Source: Gnetum montanum (taxonomy: Eukaryota > Plantae > Gnetophyta). From it: a stretch of 64,000 nt of DNA. The DNA lies in the NCBI GenBank assembly GCA_015680685.1, contig MNCI01000614.1:258730-322729 (forward strand), in the 5' to 3' direction. Below, piece after piece: positions 12,901 to 24,464 of this stretch (position 1 is its first letter; each line of letters begins with the position of its first letter). Under the pieces are notes generated by a model that had not been told where the DNA came from, searched no databases, and saw only the letters and a list, made by a program, of their open reading frames with translations. The position numbers were made by a program, and so were the translations under genes.

Positions 12901-15900
12901 AATAAAAGATTAACCAAGAGAAGAATTGATTATTATATCAAAATGACCATAATGTACAACAAGTAGGTTATCGTAACTAGCTTTATTATAAATTACTTCA
13001 AAAGCATTTTGAATCAAGGCAAAAAGCTCCTTGTTGTTTCCTTTGTTTGTATAAGCTTTAAACCTCAATATGAGGGCTTTCTGGGAAAGTACCTCATTAT
13101 TGGTATTGAGTAGTACACTAGGATCTTATAGACATGTAAAGGATAAACATGAGATTTCAAAAACATTTTATAAGTAAACATGATATTTCAAAAACATTTT
13201 AAAGGTATTCTTCAAACTACAGTTGATCTACTTTTCCTAATCAATATCGTAAGAGAGGGAATGGTAATGAAGGTGTAGAGGATTGACATGAACTTCATCC
13301 TTTTCTTTTGAGTCAAAATCAATAATCATAAAATTCTCCATGTTTGAATGTCATATGGGTGACATCCAATTGACTAGAACATTCTAAAGTAATGCCACTG
13401 TAACACTATCATATCATATGCTAATAAATCATGGAAAGAGGATGGGTGTGTTCAACCCAAAATAATTTGATCATAAATAAAACCTAATATATATGGCCAA
13501 CATAATAAAAAAGAATAATTTTAGAGGAATATATTAATGTTTTAAATGTGACTTGAGCTCATAACTTCTTGCCTAACAAGAGAATGAGCTAACCACTTGA
13601 ACAACCTATCAAAGACTATCATGCTTACTAAGGATTTGATCATTTATTGCAAGATTGAACAAGATAGTGCTAACTAGACTCACTAAAGTAAAGACAAAAG
13701 TATTTCCTCTCTTCTTGTTTAGATCATCATTAATTTTCACAAACTTGGGCTACCTTTGTGATAGCATTATCTACGACATCATGAGATGGATCAAGAACCT
13801 CAAAGGGATACATGGAAAGTTTTTGGAATATGCTAACCAAGGTATCCCAAATATCCTTCATGTATTTAGGATTATGGAGTATGTCCCAGGTAGGGTTGTC
13901 TAGAGGAGGTGCATAAGATAAAGTAGTAACAAGGGTTGTGGTTGTGGGTGTTGCAACCATTTATTATAGCATGGTTAAGGAGGTGAAGGAATTAGGATAA
14001 GGAATGGGAGTTGATGCAGAAAAGGGAGCATGCAAGGCAAGGGAAGTCTTGATTCTAATATGGTAAAGGGTGGCCAATGTATGACATCAAAGGGATAGGA
14101 GTTGGTTATGCTCAAATGGTGAATAGGGTCACATCATTCACGCTAATTAGATAGGATGAAGTAACAACCATGGAGTGGAGGTGGAAGGATAGCATGGTAG
14201 GGAAAACCTATCTTAGAGATGAGAGTTGATCAACATATAAAGTAAATGTAGTAGGAGAGGCACCATCAAAAGATGAGTGGACAAAGTAGGTACAACACAT
14301 GAAGTATAAGGATACTTAGGAAAAGGATGCTTTAGTTGCAAATTTGATGAAGAGTTGCTATTATTGTCTAATGATTTGAGAGTGCCATCTAGAAGACAAA
14401 TTAGAGATGTATCACAAAGGTAGCAAAGGGTTCCCCAATAGTAGAGCAGGCACCAGCTTGACAATGACCATCCAAAGACTAAGAACAAGGCCACAATGTC
14501 TTGATGAGTCCTTTCTTAATAGTTTTTGAAGAAAAAGATGTAAAAGATTAATAACATAATCTTTCTTAAAGGCACATACAAGGAAGAAATGTTTTTTTGA
14601 GAGCTTAATAATAGTATCCATCTATGTAAATAATTATTCAACCATGTAAGCTACATAATTCTTGTTCCATAGCATGTAAATTTTTATCACTCTTAATATT
14701 TTTGTTGGAGTTAAGTAAAAGCATGTAAAGTTTATTGATTCTTAACATATTGTTAGAAATGACTTTAAGTAATTAGGATCTATTTCTTATTGCCAGAGAT
14801 AGATGAGAGAAATGTAAGAGTTATGAGATTGAGGATATTATGAGAGACTAAGGATTATGATTGTGAGATAATTTATGAGAGGATTGTGAGAACTTTTAGT
14901 ATTAGAATCAAATTGAGAGGGCTTGAAAATGAAGGATTCTTAAGAGCTTCATTGATCAATAATAGAGTGCTTCATACTAATTTAGAAAGTAGCAAGATAT
15001 AAGATAAAACAATTTGACAACACTCATGATCATTCACTCTTTATTACTCTAACTTATGTGTTGTATGGAGGTTCTTGACCTCTATTTATAGTTGGGTAGA
15101 GAAGTTTAACTACTTCTTCATGTGAATTTTATCCATCTATTTTTGAGATTTGTTACCTAAACTTCACTTTGTTTAACCTTTTCTGGACAACAATTATAAC
15201 TTCTAACCACAAGGACTTTGAAATATACAAGAAACAATAATGAAAAATTTATCATTAAGTCATATGTTAATAATATCAAGTCTTAGCAAGAATTATAAGT
15301 GTAAGGTAATAACCATCAACATAAAATAGCATGAGGTCATAATTAAGGATCGATTACAATAACTAAAATTGAAACTAAAATTTTATTACATTCATAGTCG
15401 CTCTAGATATTTTAGATAGTAGAAATGTACATGTTATGAATTTTGAAAATATTATCAAGAAAATTAGAAAGTATTCTTAGTAACATATGGAACAAATCTA
15501 TCAAATTTTCAATTATAATATCCTACCATGTTCTCATGTGCTTAAATATAGGACATTGTAGTTACATGTGACATTCATCTGCAAGGCTATTTGTATTGCA
15601 TAGTTGGCATATTCGTTCTTCATAAGAAATTTTAAGCCTTATACTTATTTCAACTCTTAAATGATGAGATCTTGTTTGTGTTTTGTTAATTGGGTATCAG
15701 AAATGATGAGGAATAGAAATAGATAAATGGTTTGCCTTTGAATTAATACCTTTTTAAATATTAGTCAAATAAAAATATTTTTTTTTCTTTTATAGTTTTT
15801 GGAAGTTTTTAAAATATTGCTTATTTCACCAATTTGAGAACTTGCTTAGGATTAAAATAAAGAATATACTTTTAAAGATTCTATTTATTAAGCCATAGAA

Positions 15901-18900
15901 CTTCTTCATGAAACCATTTTTTATCTTGGATTTCCATTATTGTTTTTTAAAAGTAATTATCCATTGATACTTTAAAAATGATTATGAGCATAGGTTATAA
16001 ACTCATAAATAGTTTCAACTTCTAAGAGCATCATCTCTACTTTAAGAAGCATGATAATATATTGTGTATATCTTTTTACTTTGAATTTAACAAGCAAAGA
16101 AAACTTGTGAATTTCTTCTATTCATTTTGCTAGACCAAAACCCCATACAACACACTCCTAAAGAATAGCTTGTTGAGCGATGATATGATAGAGTTATTCT
16201 CAAATGTCCCAAGATAGAATAGATTTCATTTTACATTTCCTTTAAAAAGAAAATTATACTTTTATATCACTTGTAACTCTTTAAGTAATGCATTAATCCC
16301 ATTTGTAATTGTAGGAGCATTCAAGGCTAAGATATTTGTAATAAGAGGTTATGTCTACATGTTCATTTTCTATAGTAAAATTATATATCTTATTACATGT
16401 GCTACAAAATATAATTTTGATCTTATGGGCATTAACTTTCATTCTTGAATGCTTATAAAAGCTATTAATAGTTTTAAGAATTTATTGTAATCTTTTCATA
16501 GAATTTAAAATTAAGACAACATTAGCATAAAGTAAGAGTCTAACATGGTTATTTTCAATTGTAATTCTAAAGTAACCTAATACTTTAAGTTTATTAATAG
16601 AAAGCTAAAATAAAGTAGGACAAAGAGGACATCCTTGTTTTATGAATACAAAANNNNNNNNNNNNNNNNNNNNNNNNNNNNNNNNNNNNNNNNNNNNNNN
16701 NNNNNNNNNNNNNNNNNNNNNNNNNNNNNNNNNNNNNNNNNNNNNNNNNNNNNNNNNNNNNNNNNNNNNNNNNNNNNNNNNNNNNNNNGAATAAAGAGTT
16801 GTTCACTCTAGGACTTCTACTACGGGCACATGGGAAAAATTCTAACTCTGGAGTGATCAATCTGCCAGAGCTTCGCTACTTCTAGCTAGGATTGGGAAAT
16901 AAGGGGAGTGCCGCCTCTTATTTATAGATATGGTGAATCTGAAATAAAATTATTTAAATGATTTGTTGTATCCTTTTTTAAAAAACATAACTACTTTATT
17001 GATACACCATTCTTTTTCTAACCTAACTTGCAAAGTTAAATTTAACTTCTTCTAAATGACATTCTATACTAATGGATCTTCCCATTTAAGCACTTCTTCA
17101 TATAAGTTATTTACATCACCTTTTTTCTTAATGCTAAAATTTTTATCCCTTGTATTACATCATCAAAAGAAATGAAACTCTTCCATCCTATCATTGATAT
17201 TAAATAAAACATGATAAAAATTTCTAATATTGTTGAGAGACAAAGCATACTCTATGTTAATCTTGTTTGAAATTTGAGACAATTTGATGCTACAATAATA
17301 AAATAGTTTATATTATTAAATTTTTCCACTCCAATAAGTTTCATCATCCATCATCAAATTCATTAATCCAAGAAGTTGAAAAATCACATTTGGGACCACT
17401 CTTGTGTTACATATTTCAACTATCAAATCAACTCAAATCAAATTTTGTAGACAAGAAGATTGTTGAAAGAGCTTTGTATCAGGTATTCACTTCATAACTC
17501 TCTTTGATCATAGAAATATTCATCATGCAAATCATCAATTTTTATTTTGGACATTGAATAGTTTTATTTAAGATTCATTTTTTCAGGGCAAATTTGACTA
17601 TTACATAAATTTCATTTGATCTAAATTACAAACTTATAGATTATTAAAGATCTTTGTATCAAATATTCCCTCACTCCATAACTCTCTCAAATCATAGAGA
17701 TATTCATCAATTTCTCTCCTAGATGCTAAATAGTTTTATTCAAAACCCCTTTTTAAAGATAGATTTGAGACATCAAATCAATTTCATTTGATCTAAAATA
17801 TTATAGGCTTATAGATTGTAGAACAAGCTTTCCAAAAATCCTAAGATTAGCCCAAACCTCATCTAGATAGTAAAGATATTGCAACTACAAAATCAAAAGA
17901 ATTTAGTTTTTTAGTTGAGCTGCCCACATTATCTAATATATTAGGCTCTCAAAAGTTTACAAAATAAAAAAATTGAATATTATTACATGTAAAAAATCTA
18001 CAATTGGTATCATAGCTAGGTTTAGAGAAAAATGTATTCTAATAGAAGATGATGGAATTACAATGAGAGAAATCTAATTCCTCAATGTAGATTCTATAAT
18101 AAGAGACACCTTTTGAGCAAGTTGGATTATAGAGGAAAGAAATGGAGTTTGCCTAGATATGATTCTAAAACTAGTAGATACAATTATTATGATCCTATTA
18201 AAAAAAATGTAATTCATCAAGGGATGTCATCTTTCTAGAAGACAAATTTGGGACAACAAATTTTCAATAGGATAATCAAAGGATGGATAGTCAACTCAAC
18301 CCAAAATCTTGGATATAAGAAAATCACTCTCAAACTCAAATGATGGACACAAACTTTGAGACAAGAACAAGAAGATCTATTTCTATTACCAACATGACAT
18401 ATTTAGTCCTATCTAAAAAACCTAAAAATTTGGAAGAAGTTCTAAAAATTAAAGAATAGAGAAAAGGCATGGACAATGAATATGAAGCCATAATAAAAAA
18501 TTAGACTGGGAGCTAGTGTATAAACCTAAAGGAAAGAAAGTAATAGATTGCTAATGCATGTATAAAATTAAATTTAATGAAAAAGGAAAGATCATTAAAC
18601 ACAAAGCAAGACTTGCGGTTAGAGGATTCAGATAGAAGAAACATATAGCCTATGAGGAGATGTTTGCACCAATGGTAAGGTTTGAAATAATCAAACTCAT
18701 CCTTTCTATAGGCACTCATCAATGTCTTAAACTTCATCAAATGGATGTAGGCTTAATAATCCTTAATGGCAACATTGATAAAGAAGTCTGTGTCTACCAA
18801 CTTGAAGGATATGTCATCAAAGGAAAAGAAGAAAAGATGTGCAAACTAAATAAAGCATTGTATGGATTAAAGTAGACTCCAAGGGCATGGTTTCATAGAC

Positions 18901-21900
18901 TCAATAATTATTTTCTAAAAAGAGGATATAAATCTTGTATGTTTAAGCCCATTTTGTATNTATTTATATCCTCTTTTTAGAAAATAATTATTGAGTCTAT
19001 GAAACCATGCCCTTGGAGTCTACTTTAATCCATACAATGCTTTATTTAGTTTGCACATCTTCTCTTCTTTTCCTTTGATGACATATCCTTCAAGTTGGTA
19101 GANNNNNNNNNNNNNNNNNNNNNNNNNNNNNNNNNNNNNNNNNNNNNNNNNNNNNNNNNNNNNNNNNNAATCAAATTCTTTTATGATAACATAACAACCA
19201 TCCAATTATCAAACGAACATGTACTACACAAGAAATCAAAGCACATAGACATCAAATATTACTTGATTAAACAAGAAGTAAAGGAGAGAATCATCAAACC
19301 TAAACATGTGCAAACCAATAATTAACTGGTGGATTTAATGACTATATCTATTTTAAATTATAGAAATGAGTACCTATGTAATAGTATAGGCATCATGAAC
19401 CTTCAAGAATCAAGACAAGAAAATAACAAAAATCATGCATTCCATACTAAAGGGGGAACTTTTAGAGAGAGTGTACCATGTCCCATGTGTCCAATAAGAT
19501 AAACAAGAGAGAAAAAAAGATTAAATTTGCACTTTGTCATCATATCAAGCAAAAAGACATATTGATTTTTATTTTATTAAAAGATGGATGGGAGGATGTA
19601 ATTAGAGAATGACCCTAATCTCTCATGTTTCTTGAATTTTTGGCCATATGTTTCATAAAATTTGCTTGTCCCATCATATTCTATTATGGTCCCATGATTT
19701 GGCTATAAATATGTGGGCAAATCATGTTTGTAAAGGAAGCAAATGATGTCATTAAGGCAATTTGATGCTACAGTAATAAAATAGTTTATGTTATGAAGTT
19801 TTCCACTTCAATAACTTTCATCATCCCTCATTAATTCATCATATTCACCAATTCATTAATCCAAGAAGTTGAATAATCACATTTGGGGCTACTCTTATGC
19901 AACAAATTTCAACCATCAAATCAACTCAATTTTGCAAGTAGGTAGATTGTTAAAAGAGCTTTGTATCATATATATACTCACTCCATAATGCTCTCTGATT
20001 GTAGAAATATTCATTGCATAAATTGTCAATTTCTATTTTAGATGCTGAATAGTTTTATTCAAGATTCCTTTTTCTAGATAGATTTGAATCATTAAATAAA
20101 TTTCGTTTGATCTAAAATTTTATAGGCTTATATATTGTAGAGTGATCTTTCCAACAAGCCTAAAATCATCTAGATAGTGAAGACATCACAACTACAAAAT
20201 TAGAAAACATTCAGTTTTTCTCATTTGGGCCATCCACATCATCCGATATAGTGGCCTACCAAAAATCTATAAAATAAAAAAATTTGGAATCTTCTTACAT
20301 CCAAAATATCTACAACATTAAATACCAAAAACATTTCAAATCTTTTTTATCATTTATAATAAGTTCCCATGTTTTAGTTCAAATCAAATTTTTATGATTT
20401 GATATTCTTTGGTAATTTCTAAGTCTTCAATAATATTATAGCTTTTTTACATTCTTCATTAAACCATTGTTGATTGTTTGCATTTTAGGCTTTGAAAATA
20501 TTGTGGGAACCTATAATTAGATTTTTTTTATGACTCACATTTGGATTTCAAATCTTCTAAATTTCATTTTGAAAATATGTTGTCTATTTATTAATAACAT
20601 GAAGTATAAAGGTTGATGATAAGATTTAATTACTTTTTTTGCCTACTTCAAAACATTTATGGTTGCCAACATTCTTTGGGCTACAACGAAGAAAATCAAT
20701 ACTGAATTGTCATCCTACAAAAGTGAAGCCACCTAAATTTGGATATTGAATTGGTTATCTTAAGAGCACTAATTTCATTTTGCACTTTTTTCATCTGCTA
20801 GAAAGCCTTGAGGATTCTCGTAACTAATAGTAATTATAGCATTAAAATCCCCTCAGATAAATTTTCTCTCTTTGATAAAATCCCATGATAAACCTTCTAG
20901 TGTATAAAGAACATTCTCTAGGTGTAAAGTGTAGGTTTTTTTGATGACACTTGTGAACTTCAAAATTCTAAAAATTTTTGATAAAAAAAATGAAATTTTG
21001 ATTTACCATGAGTTGTAGGTTTTTTTTTTTTTTTGAGTCTTCAATTTCTAACATTTTAGCATTATGAAAAATGTCAAATTTATTAAAAAAAATACATTAT
21101 GTAGCACTCAAGGATTAACGTTGACATAGTATGAGTAGCAAACACTTCATCAATAAGGTTACCAAGTTTCCTTGGTGCTATTGGAAAAAAATTAATTAAA
21201 TTATTAAGTATAATTTACCATTTGTTGCAACTTCCCTTTACAACAAGTTATTCCAGGAATATGTGGTGCTCATTTTCAATTGCTCTTTGAGTTATGTATG
21301 CCATAGGTTTTCTCCCTATTGAAAATTAGACCATCTACTTGGGTCAATCCTAAACTATTTGTATTATATATGATGCATAATTTAAACTATTTAAGTTAAT
21401 TGTAATTAACATTTACCACGTAACACATAATAAGTTTTACAGTATATATTTACAAATGCTTAGAAGCAATTTTATAATAATTAAGAATAAAAAAACGTAC
21501 AAAACGTGCTGGCTATACTTTTCTGCACCTGGCAATCATATTTTAACCTATATTTCAGGTCAAAATCCAAAAGAAAATCTTTCATTATTTCTTTCTAAGA
21601 AAATAACCATGTATGCGGTATTCCATCCTGACAAAGATCTGCATTGAACAGGAGGCTCCATCAAATCTGAGAGAACTTATTTTACAGGATTGCATACAAC
21701 TTCAGAGGCTTCCAGTATCTATGGGAAAGCTCAGACATTTGACTCGTATAAATCTGCATAAATGCACATCTTTGAAGATCATTCCAGATAGCTTTGGCCA
21801 GTTACAAGGATTGAAGCATCTCGAATTTCATGAATGCCATGCATTGGAATGCTTGCCAGAGACTTTTGGAGGTCTGACAAGGTTACATACCTTGAAGATG

Positions 21901-24464
21901 AGAGGCTGCTGTTCAATGGTGTCATTGCCCGGGTCAGTTGGGGATCTGAGAAGCTTAAGTGAACTGAGCATTGAGAAATGTCACGCAATGGTGGCGTTGC
22001 CAGAGTCATCCGTGAAACTGGTGCAGTTACAACACCTGTGGATCAGGGATTGCGATGCTTTGGAAGGGCTCCCACAATCATTGCGATGCTGGACAAACTT
22101 AGTTCGCGTAAATGTGTTTGGGTGTGGTAAAATAGGATTGACATCAAAGCAGTTCCAAGGGATTCATTCCCCGTCGTCGGAGCTTCACCTGTCAGTATAT
22201 GACGATGATGTTAGGGAGGTTGCACATTCTTTGTTGGCTAGCACGGTTCTGGGCAACTTTGTCCAACCCATCCAAATTAAGCAACACACATACACTGCTG
22301 CCGCTTTGCTTTTAGCAGCTAATATCAATGATAGATGTGCGCCTCAATTAAGTGATTTTGAATTAATAGCCAATTATGTCATCAACTCTGCAAGCGGTCT
22401 GCCCCAAGAAAGGCGTTCGCTGTATCTTGAAGGCTGTTGGAATGTAAAGGAGCTTGCCCTGTGTAATCTTCGTCATCTGGTAACGCTGAATCTCAGTTAT
22501 TGTTACAATCTTCCAAAGTTACCCGACAGTATAGGCAGTCTGTCATTTTTAGAAGACCTTTCCTTGATTTGGTGCTTGACTTTAGAGGAGGTGGACCTCA
22601 TTGGTAACTTACAGAATCTAAGATGGCTAAGAATTATTACTTGCATTGCTCTGAAAGGATTGCCGTCTTGCATAGGGAATCTTTCTCGACTAGAAGAGTT
22701 AATTGTAGTAGATTGCTGGATGATAGAAGTAATCCATACGCAGGCATTGTATAGTCTTAACTATCTTGAGGTATCTGGTTGTGTTAAGCTCAGCAGAATT
22801 GTTGGGCTTTCACACCTTTCCAGTGTTACAGTTCTAAGAATTCAGGGGTGTTTGAACCTGAGAGAAATGATTGGAGGCCCACGGCGTTTTAACCAGTTGC
22901 ATGACGTCGACATCACCAGGTGTGACCGGTCAGGTGATTGGCAACTCTCACTTAACCCTGACATTTTCAACGAATCATACAAGGAGGACACCAAGGTAAC
23001 AAGAAGTATGCATTTGTATTTCTAAAATTAACTCTGCATCTTATGCAATTTTGTTTGTAATGGCTATGCTTGCATTTAGTATCAAAGTCGTGTACATATA
23101 TATATCTATGGTTTATTAATTATTATCCTAAATGTGATGCTTATTTACGTTGAACTCAGACCTTCGAAGAGGTGTTGGAGGGGTCGCTAAATGCAACGTA
23201 CGAGGGCAGTGGAATATTAAATGTGAAAACGAACCCGATGTTGCCTTTAGTTGTGGAGCAAAAAATCAAAGACCTGATTGGCTGCCAAGATATGTGCTGC
23301 TTCTTTCATAAACTTCCACTCCGTGTCCACCGTAGACATGTCCTTTCCCTTCCATTTATTCCACACGCGGTGGTGTTATGTCTTATCTCATCAGTTTACA
23401 CTGCTGACCCTCAAAGACATGTTCCCCCGGCTAAAACCAATTTTTTTTTCTCCACTGATTATAAACATTATTACCAACAAAATCGTCATCATCCTTGTTA
23501 TAAACGTTATTATCCTTACAAGTTGTATACAGGTCCCGGCGCAGAGTACAATTTTAGGCGTTTTGATTGCGGGGAAGAAATCCACTTCGCTGTATTACCC
23601 TTTGGCGTAGAAGGGGACATTAAAAGTTGTGATGATGACATCTGCGTTGACATATCAAAGGGCAAACTTATGAATGATCATGGTTATGATGATGATTACG
23701 AGGACATGAACTCTTGTCACGATCCAAGCTCCGAAGCACTTGTAAAGGAAGCACTTGTAAAGGATGGATGGATGGTTTATCTAGGTTACGGAAAAGAATA
23801 CTTGGCAAAACAGATCCGCGACATCTGTTATTCTGAATTCAGGAAGCAACGTTCCATGTCTTGCGAATGGACTCAACTGCCTTCTCAGCTGAACATTTAT
23901 AAATTTTCAGCCCTTGACATTGCAGGTTGTCAAATAACCAAGATCTCTCGTCATGGCAACACTTGTATTATGGTAAACATATACCCATTTGTTTTATTCT
24001 TTTAACAGCTGATGATGAATAACAATTATCTGACTGAACCTTTTAACCAGTATACTTGCATTAAGTTTGGCTTCGGATGTTTTAAACAGAAAGAAGAGTC
24101 CGGTTTGATATTGAGTAGAAGACGGTGCCTTTTCATGGATGATCATGCGTTACTACTTTATCACCCAAAAGGCAGTGAACATCGCTTTCTGGCGTATCCT
24201 GGGATTGACCGTGACCTAGAAAGAGTCGTGGCTTATCTGTATGAAATGTCAATCTCCATAATAGTGAAAGGTGAAGTGGTTTCTGTAAGAAAATTGCAAC
24301 AAACTATTCCAATAACCGAAGAAGAAATTCCTTCTCAACTAAATACTCTGCTTCAAGGACGAGACTTTCATTCTTCATCAGAAATCATGCTTACGGTGAA
24401 ACTCTCGATGCTAGAGAAAGTGAAGAAAAAATCTTTTTACTACAAAACCGAGGCTGAAAGTTGA
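8569..24464 (+). CDS. TIR-NBS-LRR (TNL) immune receptor with N-terminal repeats and a long post-LRR region. Exons: 8569-9998, 10830-11782 (assembly gap at 11678), 12184-12328, 12439-12590, 21652-22995, 23160-23972, 24051(or 24090)-24464
   Basis: All introns are GT-AG with compatible phases (2,0,1,0,0,0). TIR FDVFICHRGPDTK..CCLRELV..IPIFYDVEPSDV; P-loop GIPGIGKT; Walker B VLVLDNID; RNBS-B IIIVTCR; GIPL; DLGKSIV..PGHRSRVW; LLWLKW; LxxLxLxxCxxLxxLP LRRs. Confidence 0.9.
8649..9510 (+). repeat. Coding minisatellite with ~30/33-bp subunits (SEPLHLGTGSS / YSQFLQPGPF), ~11 copies of the SSxxxFLQP-type unit
   Basis: Repeated CAGAGCCACTGCATCTGGGTACTGGGTCATCATACTCACAGTTTCTGCAGCCTGGGCCT-like units, all in frame. 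Confidence 0.9.
10612..10820. repeat. Imperfect tandem duplication at the 3' end of TNL intron 1
   Basis: GGCATAAATTTTAGGGTCAATAT and ATATGTATCAAAATAAATATATACAATTTTTTTACAAAAATTGATTTTGTAATTTTAACCTTTTTC each occur twice. Confidence 0.85.
10830..11782 (+). CDS. TNL exon 2: NB-ARC; the RNBS-D/MHD region is hidden in the single-N scaffold gap at 11678
   Basis: Acceptor TTTTTACAG|T; after the N, VDLGKSIVEDEDKCPGHRSRVWRPSDVKTILSFEK|GTATGA. Confidence 0.85.
12184..12590 (+). CDS. TNL exons 3-4 (12184-12328, 12439-12590), NB-LRR linker; absent from the ORF track
   Basis: GTKKVKTLSL...AFSKMSSLEILILHGHCIE/GDLSKLSRRLLWLKWTDFPLHQIPRTLCLKHVRVLHVCGESLIHLWEHSER with canonical splice sites. Confidence 0.88.
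13200..14600 (-). mobile_element. Probable highly degenerate retroelement relic in TNL intron 4
   Basis: Stop-riddled, Pro/His-rich minus-strand frames resembling a gag-pol spacer; no clear catalytic motif recognised. Confidence 0.3.
17280..20314 (+). mobile_element. Internally deleted, degenerate Ty1/Copia element in TNL intron 4 (truncated 5' LTR to 18002; 3' LTR ~19460-20314)
   Basis: PBS TGGTATCATAGC at 18005; GYDSK...SRDVIF integrase tail; RT KHKARLAVRGF, FAPMVR, HQMDV, CKLNKALYGLK; RNase H KSKHIDIKYY; PPT AAAGGGGGAAC ~19449; 17280-18002 is similar to 19759-20314. Confidence 0.88.
21652..22995 (+). CDS. TNL exon 5: LRR domain in two blocks separated by a non-LRR island
   Basis: CAG|GAGGCTCCA in frame with ORF 21613; LRELILQDCIQLQRLP etc.; donor AAG|GTAAC at 22996. 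Confidence 0.9.
23160..24464 (+). CDS. TNL exons 6-7: post-LRR region (C-JID-like part plus an unassigned C-terminal domain)
   Basis: CAG|ACC in frame with ORF 23172; ATG|GTAAAC at 23973; in-frame acceptors at 24051 and 24090; stop 24462-24464; HAVVLCLI beta-strand motif typical of post-LRR domains. Confidence 0.7.

Noticed and set aside
18793-19102. ~140-bp near-perfect inverted repeat in the Copia RT
   Set aside because: The second arm is bounded by Ns (18960 and 19103+), so it is most likely a misoriented read/contig rather than a hairpin locus.
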